From Callorhinchus milii (Eukaryota), in assembly GCF_018977255.1 (NCBI RefSeq), contig NW_024704742.1:7318001-7382000 (forward strand): a DNA stretch of 64,000 nt. The letters are read 5' to 3'. Shown one piece after another: positions 38,690 through 50,998 of the stretch. The position numbers and the translations under genes were made by a program. Each line of letters starts with the position of its first letter. Within the stretch, counting starts at the first letter, position 1. A model generated the notes under the pieces. The model had not been told where the DNA came from. It worked only from the letters and a program-made list of their open reading frames with translations, and ran no database searches.

Positions 38690-39043
38690 GTAATAATCCT
38701 TGCGTTTTATATAGCTACCATCCTGTTGTTGAAACATCTCTAAAGCACTCCTGTAAAGTGAGATCTCCTGTAAAGTGACTATTTGTAGGTGAACACAGCA
38801 GTTAATTTGCACACATCAATGTCCCACAGACGGCTATAGTGTGAATGATCAGTCGTATCTGAGGGATTATTAGTTACTTTGGACACTGTGAGGAACTCCC
38901 TTCTCTTTTCATTTTGGAGCAGTGCCAAGGATCTTTGTCACCTGACAAAACAAAGAAGACTTTGTTTTTGTGTCTGACCTGAAGAATGGCACCTTTGACA
39001 ATGCAACACATCCACAGCACTGCATTATAGTGTTAGCCCAGAT
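38690..39043 (-). mobile_element. Old Deu-domain SINE, interrupted at 39043 by a hAT MITE
   Basis: Tail, core and gaagaatggcacctttgacaatgca...gtgttagcccagat. Confidence 0.75.
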
Positions 39044-39243
39044 CAGGGAGGTCCAACTGGCGGCCAGCAGAAAGACTTCGCTCCAACCCCACCCCCCCAC
39101 GCCCACTTCATCTGGCCCACCTGCTCCCTCCACAACCCGTAAATTTTATGGAAAGGAAACACATAAATATTGCTTATGCGGCCAGTGGATGATTCTCAAA
39201 TAGGACATTCAGCCCTCGGCAGCCAAACAATCTTACCACCCTG
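39044..39243. mobile_element. Non-autonomous hAT (Charlie-like) MITE, 200 bp
   Basis: Ends cagggaggtccaactggcggcc and gccctcggcagccaaacaatcttaccaccctg; 8-bp TSD gcccagat / gcctagtt. Confidence 0.7.
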
Positions 39244-41943
39244 GCCTAGTTCATGAATCAAATGAGGCGGCAGATTTCTAGGACTCCCAATTTACTGTGT
39301 TTGGTTGATGTCTGATTGACTGTCCTATTGTGAACAGTTCACAGCATTTTCCAAGTTAATATGCCATCAGTTACCTCTTGTTTTCCTCCCCTTCCCCACA
39401 CTCCAGTCAGAGTTTATACCGGTCTCAAAACCTGCGTTTGTGTAAGAAGAAGGCTTGCGTGGTGCTGGAGACTGACTTTATACCCTGCATCACATTGCAA
39501 TACTTGCTCGACATTGGAGATCTGCAATAGCACAGAGTAGCTCAGATGCCTAAACTGAAGACCCACATCAGTTGAGCAGAAGACTTTTCAGATTCAAGCG
39601 GTTCCAACATTATTGTATTTTGCCCACAAAATATACAGTCAATTCACTTTACAGTATATTCTGTGAAGCGCTTTGAGACGTCTCAAAAACGTGATAAGGC
39701 GTTATATCAAATGCAAGAATTATTATTATTATTGACCAAATGGAATGACAGCAAGATGGAACTTGCCATGTTCTGGTGCTGAAGTGTAATTCTCCTTTTT
39801 TTACTTGACTTTACATTGAAATGTCTGTTTGTCATAGATGTTTTACTTGGAAATTAACCCATGCCTACTGAGCTAAATAAAAATTACCTGGCTAGCCACC
39901 AGCTGGAAGATAATAGACTTTTAATTGTAGGCTTTTGTCGACAAAGCGTAGAAATTTGCAGCATGCAAAACTGAAACCCAAAGTCACAAAATGAAACCAT
40001 AGAAATGGTGTAGAATGATGGATTTGGGGTAAGAAATTCATACGGCTGCATCCTTAAAGGGGTCTTTCAATATCTTGATCTGCAGGGGTGGTGTATTCAG
40101 TCATTGGAACAAAAGGGATTGAATTGCAATCTCGTATCGCTTTCGGGCTGTTACTTGTTCAATAACTGTAAGAGATTGAAGCTTGTAAATGCCGGGAAAG
40201 ATCGGCGGAGCCAGCAAAATTTCGCAGAAATGGCCCTGGAGAGATCGAGAGAGGCTATAAAATATTAACCAGTTTTGCCTGGAGAAATCAGGAGGAGCCA
40301 GGAAAAATGTAATAAAGGCGATCTGGAAGAGAGGCACACTCAGGGTAAAAATGTAGCCAGCGTCTTGTTTTACAGGTTTTTCCAATTGAACAGCTTAAAA
40401 GAAATGGGCTAATTACTTATCATAATTATAAACCTGAAGTGTAAAATGCTGAGCACCTCCGAAACATTACTTTAACTAACTTTATCACTGTGGACGATAT
40501 AAAATGCGTACAGACTTTATATTACCCCCAGGCAGTAATGAGTCGAAATAAAATTGCATGTAAAATGTGAAGATTTTCTTTGAATGGTACCACAGATGAC
40601 TTCTGATAAGCCTGGAGGGCCATGTGGTGTCACGAGAGACCATGTGCAAACACTGCAGCATAGCTCAGAAATTCTCAGACGTGCCTGAAAATAGCAATGA
40701 TGCTATTTTCGCAAATGTACAGTCATCTAAAATTACACGTAAGAGATTGGCATGTATAGAGTAGGAGCTGAGCAGGGAACCAGCAATGTTTGTATAATGT
40801 TCAGATATTTCTTGAGCTTTGCTCTCCGTTTGGTGTCATCAGCCTTGTTACTCCTAGGAATCCTTTAACTAACATACAAACGATGCGTTCAAAACCTTAA
40901 AGGCTCCTCCTTATCTGGCCTCTTGAAAGCTTCACAAAATGTGCCTATCTATGCGGAGAAAGTACTGGAATATGTTCTAAGATAGCAGCGTAACAAACAA
41001 CAGGTACCCTCAGGTGCAGAAAAAAAAAACTGTGACCCATAGGGAACTAGCCACACAACTGGGTGAAAGATCCCAAAGGGTTGAGTTCATAAATTCAAAG
41101 ACCCCTGAAAAACAAGCCAAAGAGATTGCAAAATTTTGATCAGATGAAGGATATTCTCCAGAATATTGGGAGCAGAATTTTTTCTGAGTTTATTTTCTCA
41201 ATCGTATTTCACATCTTGTATACCTCTGCGATTACCCTATTGAGATAATGCTAATAATAATAATAATCCTTGCATTTGATATAGCGTCTTATCACATCTT
41301 CGAGACGCCTCAAAGCACTTCACAGAATATACTGTAAAGTGAATTGACTGTATATTTTGTGAGCGAAGAGATGCTCCTCTTCAAGGCTGAAGAGTCCTAG
41401 CTTATCTGATCACTCCTTCTACTTCATTCCCTATAGCACCAGGGATCATTCTCACGGCTGTCCTCTGCATGACTATGTCATGATCACATTAAGCCCAGTG
41501 GATACCGTGACATGTTTATTTATTTGACGAAACTCATTTTGATATATGTGAAGCGCTTTGTGATGTCTCGGAGACGTGTTAAGGCATTATATCAAATGCA
41601 AGGATTATTATAATTATTATTATGGGCACCCCTTCAAACTCAGCCAGGGGCACTTGTTAAAACTCAATCACCATTAAGCTTCCCAACCTGGAATGTCCAG
41701 GAGTGTGGTGCAGTGATTGCAAAGAAAGATTTAACTTACAAAAGTAAGTGGCATTTCATAAAGTTTCCTGTGGGAGGTGTTACATTGTGCACTGAAAATA
41801 CCTAAACCCTTCAAACAGTAATATTCTCCTTTTACAAAAAAAAAGTCTAATATTTTGAACAGCCTGGGCTTCATTATCAATGCAAACCTGTGTAGGGATA
41901 ATGTAACATTTTCCTGCAGGTCAAAGTTTTTCTGTTTAATAAA

Positions 41944-42242
41944 AATAATCCTTGCATTTGATATAGCGCCTTATCATGTCTTCGAGACTTCTCAAAGCTC
42001 TTTGCAGAATAGACTGTAAACTGAATTTTGTGGGCGAAACACGGCAGCCAATTGCGCACAGCACTGTCCCACAAACAGACGTTGATTGAGTGACCGATTT
42101 TTATTATCTATTTTTTATTACTTTTTTTTAGAAGAGATTACTAACCCCAGAAAAGCGATCCGCCAATCGAGTAACAACCGGGTAACAACCTACTTACTGC
42201 TCGGTGAACAGAGGTGTGTGGAGTAAGAAAATTTGCCCAACG
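41944..42242 (-). mobile_element. SINE, long variant, tRNA head missing
   Basis: Tail, core and aaaagcgatccgccaatcga...cctacttactgct block on the reverse strand. Confidence 0.85.
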
Positions 42243-42937
42243 TTTAGACTGCAACACACACTGTGAGCGCACATGCACGCACATAAGTCCAGATAGGCCA
42301 ATAATTTATAAAGGAGCTTAGGGATGTCAGCAGTGACATTACATTAAATTTACTCCTAACAGTAGAAACTGTGATCTTGGGAGCCAATCATTGAAATAGG
42401 ACCCTTGGAATTATCTGATTATGCTCGAGTTTTTGAAGCCAGGCTGGGCTGTTGCTGCTGTACTGTTTCCGTCATTTAGCAGTGGAACCATTTTTCAGTC
42501 TGCCTGACCCATGGAGAAAGGAACAATCTGGAGCAATTTATTGCAGTGTTTTAGTTGTCAGATTGCCAGATCTCGCAGACTCTCTGTGAATTGTCTGTTC
42601 GCCAGAAAAAAAGGGAGGGTTGGAGGGGGTGGGGGTTGTAAAAAGAAAATAAAAATGTCAAAAATGTAGTGACCTTTGCCAAAGCACATGGATTAGGTGG
42701 GTCCTGGCAGCGACATGACAAAGCCGGTGTTGGCAGCTCTGCTGTAACTGTGGCGGGAGGTCACGAGACTATCTCTTTTTAAATTCGAGGCTAGTTTGTT
42801 TTGTCCAAATTGATTCTGCGATGTATGTATGCATCAGGAATCAATCTGTTCTGCTTACAGCACAAATGCACTGGGTAGCAGCTGATGTGCCCTGATCAAC
42901 CAGGTCCTGCAATCTGTGCTGTCAAAGAGTGCACTCA

Positions 42938-43085
42938 TTAGAACCATAGAAATCTACAGCACAGAAGGAGGCCATTTGGCCCTTCAAGCCTGCACAGGCT
43001 CTCAAAACAAGAAGATCCATTCAGTCCCGCTGCCCACCCCCCCCCCCCACCTTATCCCCGTACCCCTTCAAGCCCTCCTCATATT
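42938..43085 (-). mobile_element. CR1-type (HER1/HE1-like) 3' end
   Basis: tagaaccatagaaatctacagcacagaaggaggccatttggccc...cttatccccgtacccc. Confidence 0.65.
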
Positions 43086-43089
43086 CAAT

Positions 43090-43460
43090 GGAGTCCTGTA
43101 GCTTAGTGGTTAGAGCACTCGCTTCGCAAGCGAGAGGACTTGGGCCTGATTCCCAGGCAGGGCGAAACCTTAGGTAATTTTCGTTACCCCACGTGCGTGT
43201 TTCCTAGCAGTAATTGGAACCCGTTTGTTAGTCGATTGGCGGATCGCTTTTCCAGGGATAATAATTCCTTCAAAAAAATAATAATAAATTGGTCTCTTCA
43301 ATCCACGACTGTTTGTGGGACGCCGCTGTGCGCAATTGGCTGCCGCGTTTCGCCCACAAAATATACAGTCAATTCGCTTTACAGTATATTTCGTGAAGCG
43401 CTTTGATACGTCTGGAAAATATGATAAGGCACAAAATCAAATGCAAGGACTATTATTATT
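43090..43460 (+). mobile_element. Full-length tRNA-Ala-derived SINE, long variant
   Basis: Anticodon arm ctcgc-ttcgcaa-gcgag (CGC, Ala), long internal block, core and tail. Confidence 0.9.
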
Positions 43461-44209
43461 TACATGCACTCAAAAGTACCTCCAAAATCTTTCATTATTT
43501 TACTTCAGTTTACAGGTTCTGTATCTTAATACATCAATATTAAGAAGGGGATTTCGATTTTGTAAAACTATTTCTGGAACTTTTATAAATTGGCTGCGTT
43601 AATTTGGCTAAATTCTAACAAAATACTACAGTGAGATGGCCACTGAAGACATAAATACACCCTGAGTCTATATGACATTTTGTATTTCAGCGTTTCAATG
43701 ATCTCACAACTCTTTGACTGAGCTTTCAGTCGTCTTTGCACTCCTTACACTTTTCAGCTCTCACCCTTGGCTATGGTACCCAGGCAGAATTGTCAAGCTC
43801 TTTGCAACGTCCTCTTGACACGAAATGCGCTATATAATTGTAAACTATATTGTGTTGAATTGTAAACCACCTTGAACGAGTCAGGCGCCGCCACTGTTAA
43901 GCGCTCTGAGTCGCTACACTGCGTGGTGGATGCTATATAAGTGCAAGTTGTTCTTGTTGATCTGTCTTAGTCCTGAAGGTGGGATGCATGGAAATCTCAG
44001 CTTGGTTTGGATACTCTTAAGCCTGGTAATGGATTTCTGCATGTGGCAGACACCCGGCTGATCAAAATAGACAAAACAGTACAAAAGTCACACATCACTT
44101 TTATGTCGGCTTTTGTGCCCTGACTCTTATCGTCCAGTTGCTATTTTTAGTCGAAGGTTTTCCAACCCCAACTACATTTTCAAAAACAAAGTTCATTTCA
44201 AAACAAAGA

Positions 44210-44560
44210 GTCCACTCCCTTAGTGGTTTAGTGAGTTTATTCAGTGAAGTAGCTGAATCATACAGGAAAGGCTCCAGTTTGATCCTCGGTCTCATCTGAT
44301 CTTCCCAAGAGTGATATTCAGGAGTACAATGTTTGGCCTCTGTTGCTTGGGTTAGGAAAAGAAAAACAAGTCACAGTTCCCTCTCCTGATTCCTCGTTGC
44401 TGGAGGGCCATGATGTTAGACAGGATCTGACTCTGCTGGATAATTTGCACAACTTAAATAGTCTAGTAATGCTGTTGAGGTTTGTGTGTAAATAATGCTG
44501 TGTGAGGTACAGGAGAACACCGAGTCCCAGTTGATGGAATGAGTTCAACTCCTTTGTAAG
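44210..44560 (+). mobile_element. Ancient SINE-like element (family B)
   Basis: ccttagtggtttagtgag...catacaggaaaggctccagtttgatcctcggtct...ttggcctctgttgcttgggttagg...cagttccctctcctgat. Confidence 0.55.
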
Positions 44561-45766
44561 AAAGACAATTGGTGGAAACAGTGACTGTATATGATTTGAT
44601 TGCCCACAAAATACAGAGTCATTGATGAGGATAATAATAATAATAATAATCCTTACATTTGATATGGCACCTTATCATGGATTCGGGACGTCTCAAAGCG
44701 CTTCACAGAAGATACTGCAAAGTGAATTGACTGTGGCTTGTGGGTGAAATTGATTGTACTTTATATCATGTGAAACACTTTAGGACATCCCCTCCTGCCC
44801 CCCCACTCCTGAACATGAAAGGCACTATTATCAAGTGTAAGGTTTTCCTATTGTTATCATCAACACTTATCATAGCATTTTAATTTGATGGTAGACATTT
44901 CGCTTGGCACATTTTAGGCTAAGTTGTTTTGCTGGCAGTGAAGATCGTATACTATTTGACACCGTATTCAGAACCGCTGAGGATTGTATTCATGACATTT
45001 AGCCGCCAATGTCAATGTGTTGAGAGCGTTAGTTTTTTTTTAAAAAGGAAGTACAGTGCATTTGAACGCACTGTCTGTGAATAAATGCTGTGGGCATAGT
45101 AACCAATTTTGACATTGGCGTATACTGATTTTGAGAGTGAATAGAAAGCTGAGAAGATTGTGAAATGTACAATCTAATCAATGCATTGAATGACATGAAT
45201 TACCCCCAAGCTAATTTGTGAGGTGTGAAAAGACATGGTTATTACAGTTAGGTTTGGCTGACAGCCTTTCTTTTAGGATGTTGAAATGTTGAACTTCCTT
45301 GTCCCCGGAGATTTGGTTTGTAGCCATTTTTATATCTGTCTGAGCGAAACTACCAACATGCGCCTAAATTAAGGTACTGCAGTACTGCAGTTATAACTGC
45401 AACAAGACTGCACAAACTCATTTCACACAGAAACCTGTGAAACAAGTTGTTTGAAAAAGACATTCATCCAATTAATATGAGTGGGACTCGCATGGAGGCC
45501 TAGGAAATGGACGCATTATGCAATACATTTTAAAATATACAAAGTGAAGTGTTTTTCCTCTTCCACCTTTCCCCCCTCTCCACCAAAAAAAGTATTCACT
45601 ATCCTAATCCAATGATTACTTTATTTGGAATCAATGTTATGGTTTGTTGTCCTCTTTTATCTGCCATGTCCGGAGCTTTGCTGAACCGATAGTCAATGTT
45701 GGTTCATTTCAAACCTGACAATGCAACTGGTTCTTACTTTTTAAACTGAAAATTTGAGCGTGCTCC

Positions 45767-46140
45767 AATAATAATAATAATAATCCTTGCATTTGATACA
45801 GCACCTCATCACGTCTTCGAGGCGTCTCAAAGCGCTTCACAAGATATACTGTAAAGTGAATTGACTGTATATTTTGTGGGCGAAATACAGCAGACAATTG
45901 CACACAGCAGCGACCCACAACAGTCGTGGATTAAGTGACCAAATTATTTATATATTTGTTGAAGGGATTATTACCCCCGGAAAAGTGATCCACCAGTGAT
46001 CGATTAACAACGGGGTTTACCTACTTACTGCTAGGTAAACAGGCGTGTGGAGTAAGGAAACTTGCCAAACGTTGTGCCCTGCCTGGAATCGAACCCACTT
46101 GCGAGGCAAGTGCTCTAACCACTGAGCCATAGGACACCAC
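45767..46140 (-). mobile_element. Full-length tRNA-Ala-derived SINE, long variant
   Basis: (taa)n, tail, core, long block and reverse head gtgctctaaccactgagccataggacaccac. Confidence 0.9.
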
Positions 46141-46197
46141 AATAGACTAACTAGGTATCTTTAATGTTACTGTTTAAGTAATCCAGGTAGAAAATAT

Positions 46198-46780
46198 CAA
46201 CAACAACAACGACGACTACTTGCATTTATATAGCGCCCTTCCTATGGGGTACTGTCTTGGATCGCTGAACAGTGTGGAGCTTGATGCCAAGACAGGGAGG
46301 GAGAGGAGGTGACTATCTCACTGTTTGCACGGCGGTCGAAGACAAAGGTCTTCATATATGATCTGAAGATGGACAAGAAGGGGGCAAGGCAGGCGGAAGA
46401 ATTGAGGCAAGAGAGATGTCCACGGTTTCAGGGCGTTGTAGCTGAAAGCATGGCCTCCGATGGTGGAGCGGAAGGGATGAGGGATTTGCAGGAGGCTGGA
46501 GCTAAGTGAGTGAAGGGAGTGGGTGAACCAATATGATTTAAGCAGGTTGGAGAAGTAGGGAAGTTCCAGGGCATGAAGTGATTTTTGCATGAATGTGAGG
46601 GTCTTGAAATCGATGTGTTCTGGAAGAGGGTAACCAGTAGAGCCTGCAAAGGACTGGGGGTTTGTGTCGGGCAGAGATCGGTACGGATGGGGATAACGGT
46701 GACGGAATTTTGAATGAATTGGATTTGATGAGCGGTGGAGCAGGGGGAGAACGTCGAGGAGGGCATTGGAGAAATCAAAG
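46198..46780 (-). mobile_element. L2 LINE 3' relic
   Basis: QIQFIQNS and STIGGHAFSYNALKPW remnants; (caa)n tail at 46198. Confidence 0.8.
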
Positions 46781-47754
46781 ACAGCAGCGTGAGATCTGTT
46801 TCCCTGAATCAGGTTAGCAGCGTCTGAAAGTCGCGTTGCACCTCAGTTAGCATCAATTCAATACAGCTACTGTGCTATATTCTCCTCGTTCTACTTTTGT
46901 TGTAAAAGTACCTCATGAAAGTTCCCACTGTGATTTGAAAGGAAGTTGCTGTCATTCTTTCTCAGTTCTCCTCCAAATCAATGCAGTGCACGCTGACCCG
47001 GTGATGTTGCGTCCCACTAAGTGAACGAGTTTAATTGCATTTCGCGGCTTAAACACCATTTATTTGAGGTAACAGGAAATGGGAACTCGAGTGATTTGCT
47101 ATTTTAAACCCATTACAAAAAATGGCTGAGGAACTGAAACAAGTCTCCCGTTTTTCAGAGTCTAATCCTATGATTTCCAAACGCTGGCTTTGTTTCCTTA
47201 GGGTTACAAGTTCAGAGTGATTTATTTTTGCATTTGCTTTCAATCTAAATAACTGGGAATCAGCGCACTGAATGAGGCTGAAGCGTTGATGTTATGCTGG
47301 GCTTATATAACAGTCCTGTCTTTGTCGATGGTGCTGCGGTAAAAATGAGGAGGCGCTGCCACGCGGGAAGCCTTAATCCACCTCACTTCGAGATGGGTTC
47401 TCCGCTGGAGGTGGCGCTGGCAGCTGGGCTTGTTCCTTCCACAGATAGGTTGAGCTACCTGGGTGTTCCTATCCTCCTCCTTCCACCCCCCCCTCCCCAC
47501 CCCCCATTCTACTGAAACGATGATGATAGGAAAACAACAATAATAATCCTTCCATTTGATATAGCGCCTTATCACGTCTCAAAGCACTTCACAGAATATA
47601 CTGTAAGTTTATATTTTTGGGGCGAGATTGTATATTTTGTGGGAGAAATTGATTGCACTTTGCAGCATATCCTATGAAGTACTTTAGGACATTTTCCACC
47701 CTCCCACACCCCCCCCCCCCTAGAATACTATTACAGTAAATACTACTGTAAATC

Positions 47755-48020
47755 TCAGCCTGACTTAGGTGGTAGCACTCTCACTTGCCTCTGAGTCAGA
47801 CGGTTGTGAGTTCATGCCCCGCGTCAGGATTTGGAACTCGTATAGTCTTTGCTGACGCTCCAATACAGCGTTGAGTGTGCTGTATTGTCAGAGGTCCTGG
47901 CCTTTCGGGTGGACATCAATACGTCCACCACACTTTGTAGCACATCTTGTGAAGTGCTTTTGTATGTCCTGCCGACATGAAAGGCGCTATATCAGATGTA
48001 AGGATTATTATTATTATTGT
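47755..48020 (+). mobile_element. Old Deu-family SINE (SacSINE1-like head), internally deleted
   Basis: cagcctgacttaggtggtagcactctcacttgcctctgagtcagacggttgtgagttca head; gaaaggcgctatatcagatgtaagg(att)n tail. Confidence 0.7.
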
Positions 48021-48589
48021 TCCTATCATTTGATTTCTGTATGCTCCTGCTACATTCCCGTTTGCTGTGCTGACTCCGGAATTCAGCCGTCTTGCTCTGC
48101 CTCTGTCTCATCTTTTCTCCTCTATCCCTATTCCCCCTTTCGTTGTTGTCTGTTGAAACCTCCCGGTCCGGTTTTTGAACCCGTGATGAAGGCAATCCAC
48201 GCAGGAATGTTGCTGACATGCCTCCACCTGCTCTGCGCTTCTGAATTACCTTCCAGTCAGCACTTGGTGCCCTCATTGCCGGCCACCCTTTGAAACAGTG
48301 CTGAGAAGTTAATGCCGCATTACCCGTCACTCATGCTCTGCCGCAAGAACAGCACTTCAGTATTTACAGAGATATCCATCTCTGTAAACACTGTCTGCAG
48401 CAGTGTTGCGGATGAGCAGTAAGTCGTTCACATGCTTCTGTTTGCATCCCTTGTTTTAACAGCAGGAGCAAGCGCGTTCTGTTCAATTCAAAGCAATGCA
48501 ACAGTCCCAAGACACCTTTTCCCCTTCCCTTCTCTTCTGAAAGCAGTGTTTCGTACAGGAGTAAACCTCCACAAGTGTCCGCAGCCCTT

Positions 48590-48880
48590 TAGCATCTTTC
48601 CCGTGGTAAAAGATCTTTGTGTGCAAGCCGATTGTTAACAGGGTATTGAAGCACAAAGGGCAGCATCACAGAGCTTGACCCTGTCCTCGCTAGACACCCA
48701 TGCATTGTGCACTTTGCAGCCAGGGGTCACTGAAAAGAATAGGAACTCTTGCTCTTTTCTAAACCCTCGCTAACCTTGACTCCCATCATTCCAGCTGAAG
48801 TTAGCTAACTCAGCACTGACGAGGGTTTGAGCTTGGACCTTCTGGTCTGTTTGGCTCAGTGCTTACTCAAATAACTCACT
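48590..48880 (-). mobile_element. Ancient SINE-like element (family B)
   Basis: gggcagcatcacagagcttgaccctgtcctcgc...cactttgcagccaggggtcactg...gttagctaactcagcac...tctggtctgtttggctcagtgc. Confidence 0.65.
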
Positions 48881-50330
48881 GGAACATACCCTGCTGAACA
48901 TGCAACACTGAAGTTACCAAATCGATTTGGACTTTAGCACAGAACGCCTTCAAAATCAGTCCCAACAGCAAACAAAAACATTCAGTGGGTTGAAGCCTCG
49001 TTTCTCTTTGAGTAAGGATAACCTTTCGGGTGTTGGTGGATAAACCGGAAGGGCTTCACAACAATTCATTTATTTTAGATTTTTCCACTACCCACTACCC
49101 ACCACCACCTCACTGGGCCTTTTGATATGAAGTTTGTGTATGCAGAGTTTTTCTTGATTATAAAACCTGTTTTTTCCTAATACATCTTTAGAATGGTTGG
49201 CTGAAGTGCCCTGCTGGTAAATGTTGGCAAAATTACCGCATCACCACAACTGGGAGGGTTTTGCAACCATCACATGTCCCTCCCTCTTGCTGGTAAAACC
49301 GGAGTAGGTAGCGATAGAGTAGATAATAATAATAATCCTTGCATTTGATATAGCGCCTTGTCGTGCTGTCGAGAAGTCTCAAAGCGCTTCACAGAATGTA
49401 CCGTAAAATGAATTGACTGTATATTTTGTGGGCTTTAGATAGTTTCAACATGGGCTCAGTGTGTCTTAATGGTCTCCTTCTGTGCTGTAATTTCCATAAT
49501 TATCAGATTTACCTCCATGCTTTGCCTTTGAAATAATTCATACATAACATTCCCAATCCATTAGTTATAGTTTGTTAATAATAGATGTTAAAAAGAGGTA
49601 ACTGTTCCAGCCCTAAAACTCAGTTATTTCAGCTGTCTTGCATGATATAGTGGGAAGACTTGAACGGAGCTGTTTGCAATTTTGGAACATCTGTTCCCCT
49701 AGTTGCAACGTAAAATAATACGTATCCATGTGTTTGATTTGTTCTAGTGTTGAAAATCTAGGTGCTGATGATACCTAAATCCACTGAGGTACAAAATGCT
49801 CGCTCCCTTCTTATCATTGCAGTTGGCTGTCCATTACAGCTAAGGCCTTGGAAAGAAAGTTGAGCCAGTTACGAATTCGCCCCCCTCTTCGCTAGCACTG
49901 CCCGCCCACCTCCATGGAACAAAACATCTGTTCAGCATTTGAGAATGTAGCTGTTGCCTTGCTCTGCACTAGGGGTCTGGCTACATGTATGAGGGCCTGG
50001 TAACATCATTCGAATGAAATAGTAGTGAGGTATGCTCAGATCATGTTGCAGTGGGTGGAAGTGAATGAAGCTTATTACTGTAAAATCCCACATCACATGC
50101 CCCTTATTATTTGGAAGATGAATTAGCTGAGAAACATGGTATTTGTTTTGTGCGGGTTTGACATTGTGCTTTGGCGATCATTGGCAGTCATCCAGCTCTT
50201 GAAAACCCAGCAATTGTTCTGGAGTGAAGCTCAGATTGTTTGGCTGAAGTGGGGCAATGGCTGTGACAGATCTTTTCGGTGCTGGCACTTCTGATGTGGT
50301 TTACATGCTTTTCCTCTGGTTAACACGGGA

Positions 50331-50525
50331 CAGCTGTATACTGAGTGTGCGCTGTGTGTTATATGGCATTTTATTTACAGCTCAGTCTTGTGTGTGTGTG
50401 TACATAAATATATACTCTGTGTACACTATTCTGCTTATAAGCTCAGTCATGTGTATACACTGTGTATGGTATTTTAGTTACAGCTTATTCTGATGTATAC
50501 ATTGTACAATATAATATTTTGGTTG
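50331..50525 (+). repeat. Degenerate minisatellite (about 45-60 bp unit: cagctcagtc..gtgtatacactgtgtatggtatttta)
   Basis: Three to four decayed units read by eye. Confidence 0.55.
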
Positions 50526-50998
50526 CCCTAAAATATTCGGATAACACCACTTTGTTCTTTGTCTACAGTGTGTAGAATCTAGTGTCAGAGCAGAACTGTA
50601 TAGCTTTTTTAGGGGTGAAGAAACACTCAATAGATTTTTTGGTATTTCAATACAATTTCACGAAAAATTGGTCACCGGTGTTAGTCAAAAGCTTTCTCTC
50701 CGTCATCGCCTGAGAACTGAAACTGCAGATGAATCCGTCTGTAAAGAGCTGTCACCTTAACTGGTTGTGAAATTATGGATGTTCAACTCAACCGAAGCAG
50801 ACGTTCATTATACTGTAATTACCATAAAAAAAAGTGCACGCTCCAGTGTCTATCAGTTACAATTGTCTGGTTTCAGTCCCCTAGTGAACAGCTCAGTTAC
50901 CAAATGTAGCATTGGAACGACAAAGTCTCATCTCTATGGTGTGGGCACCTTCACTATAAGGCATAGCACCACTGACTGTTGTGCTGGGTGGGATAGAA

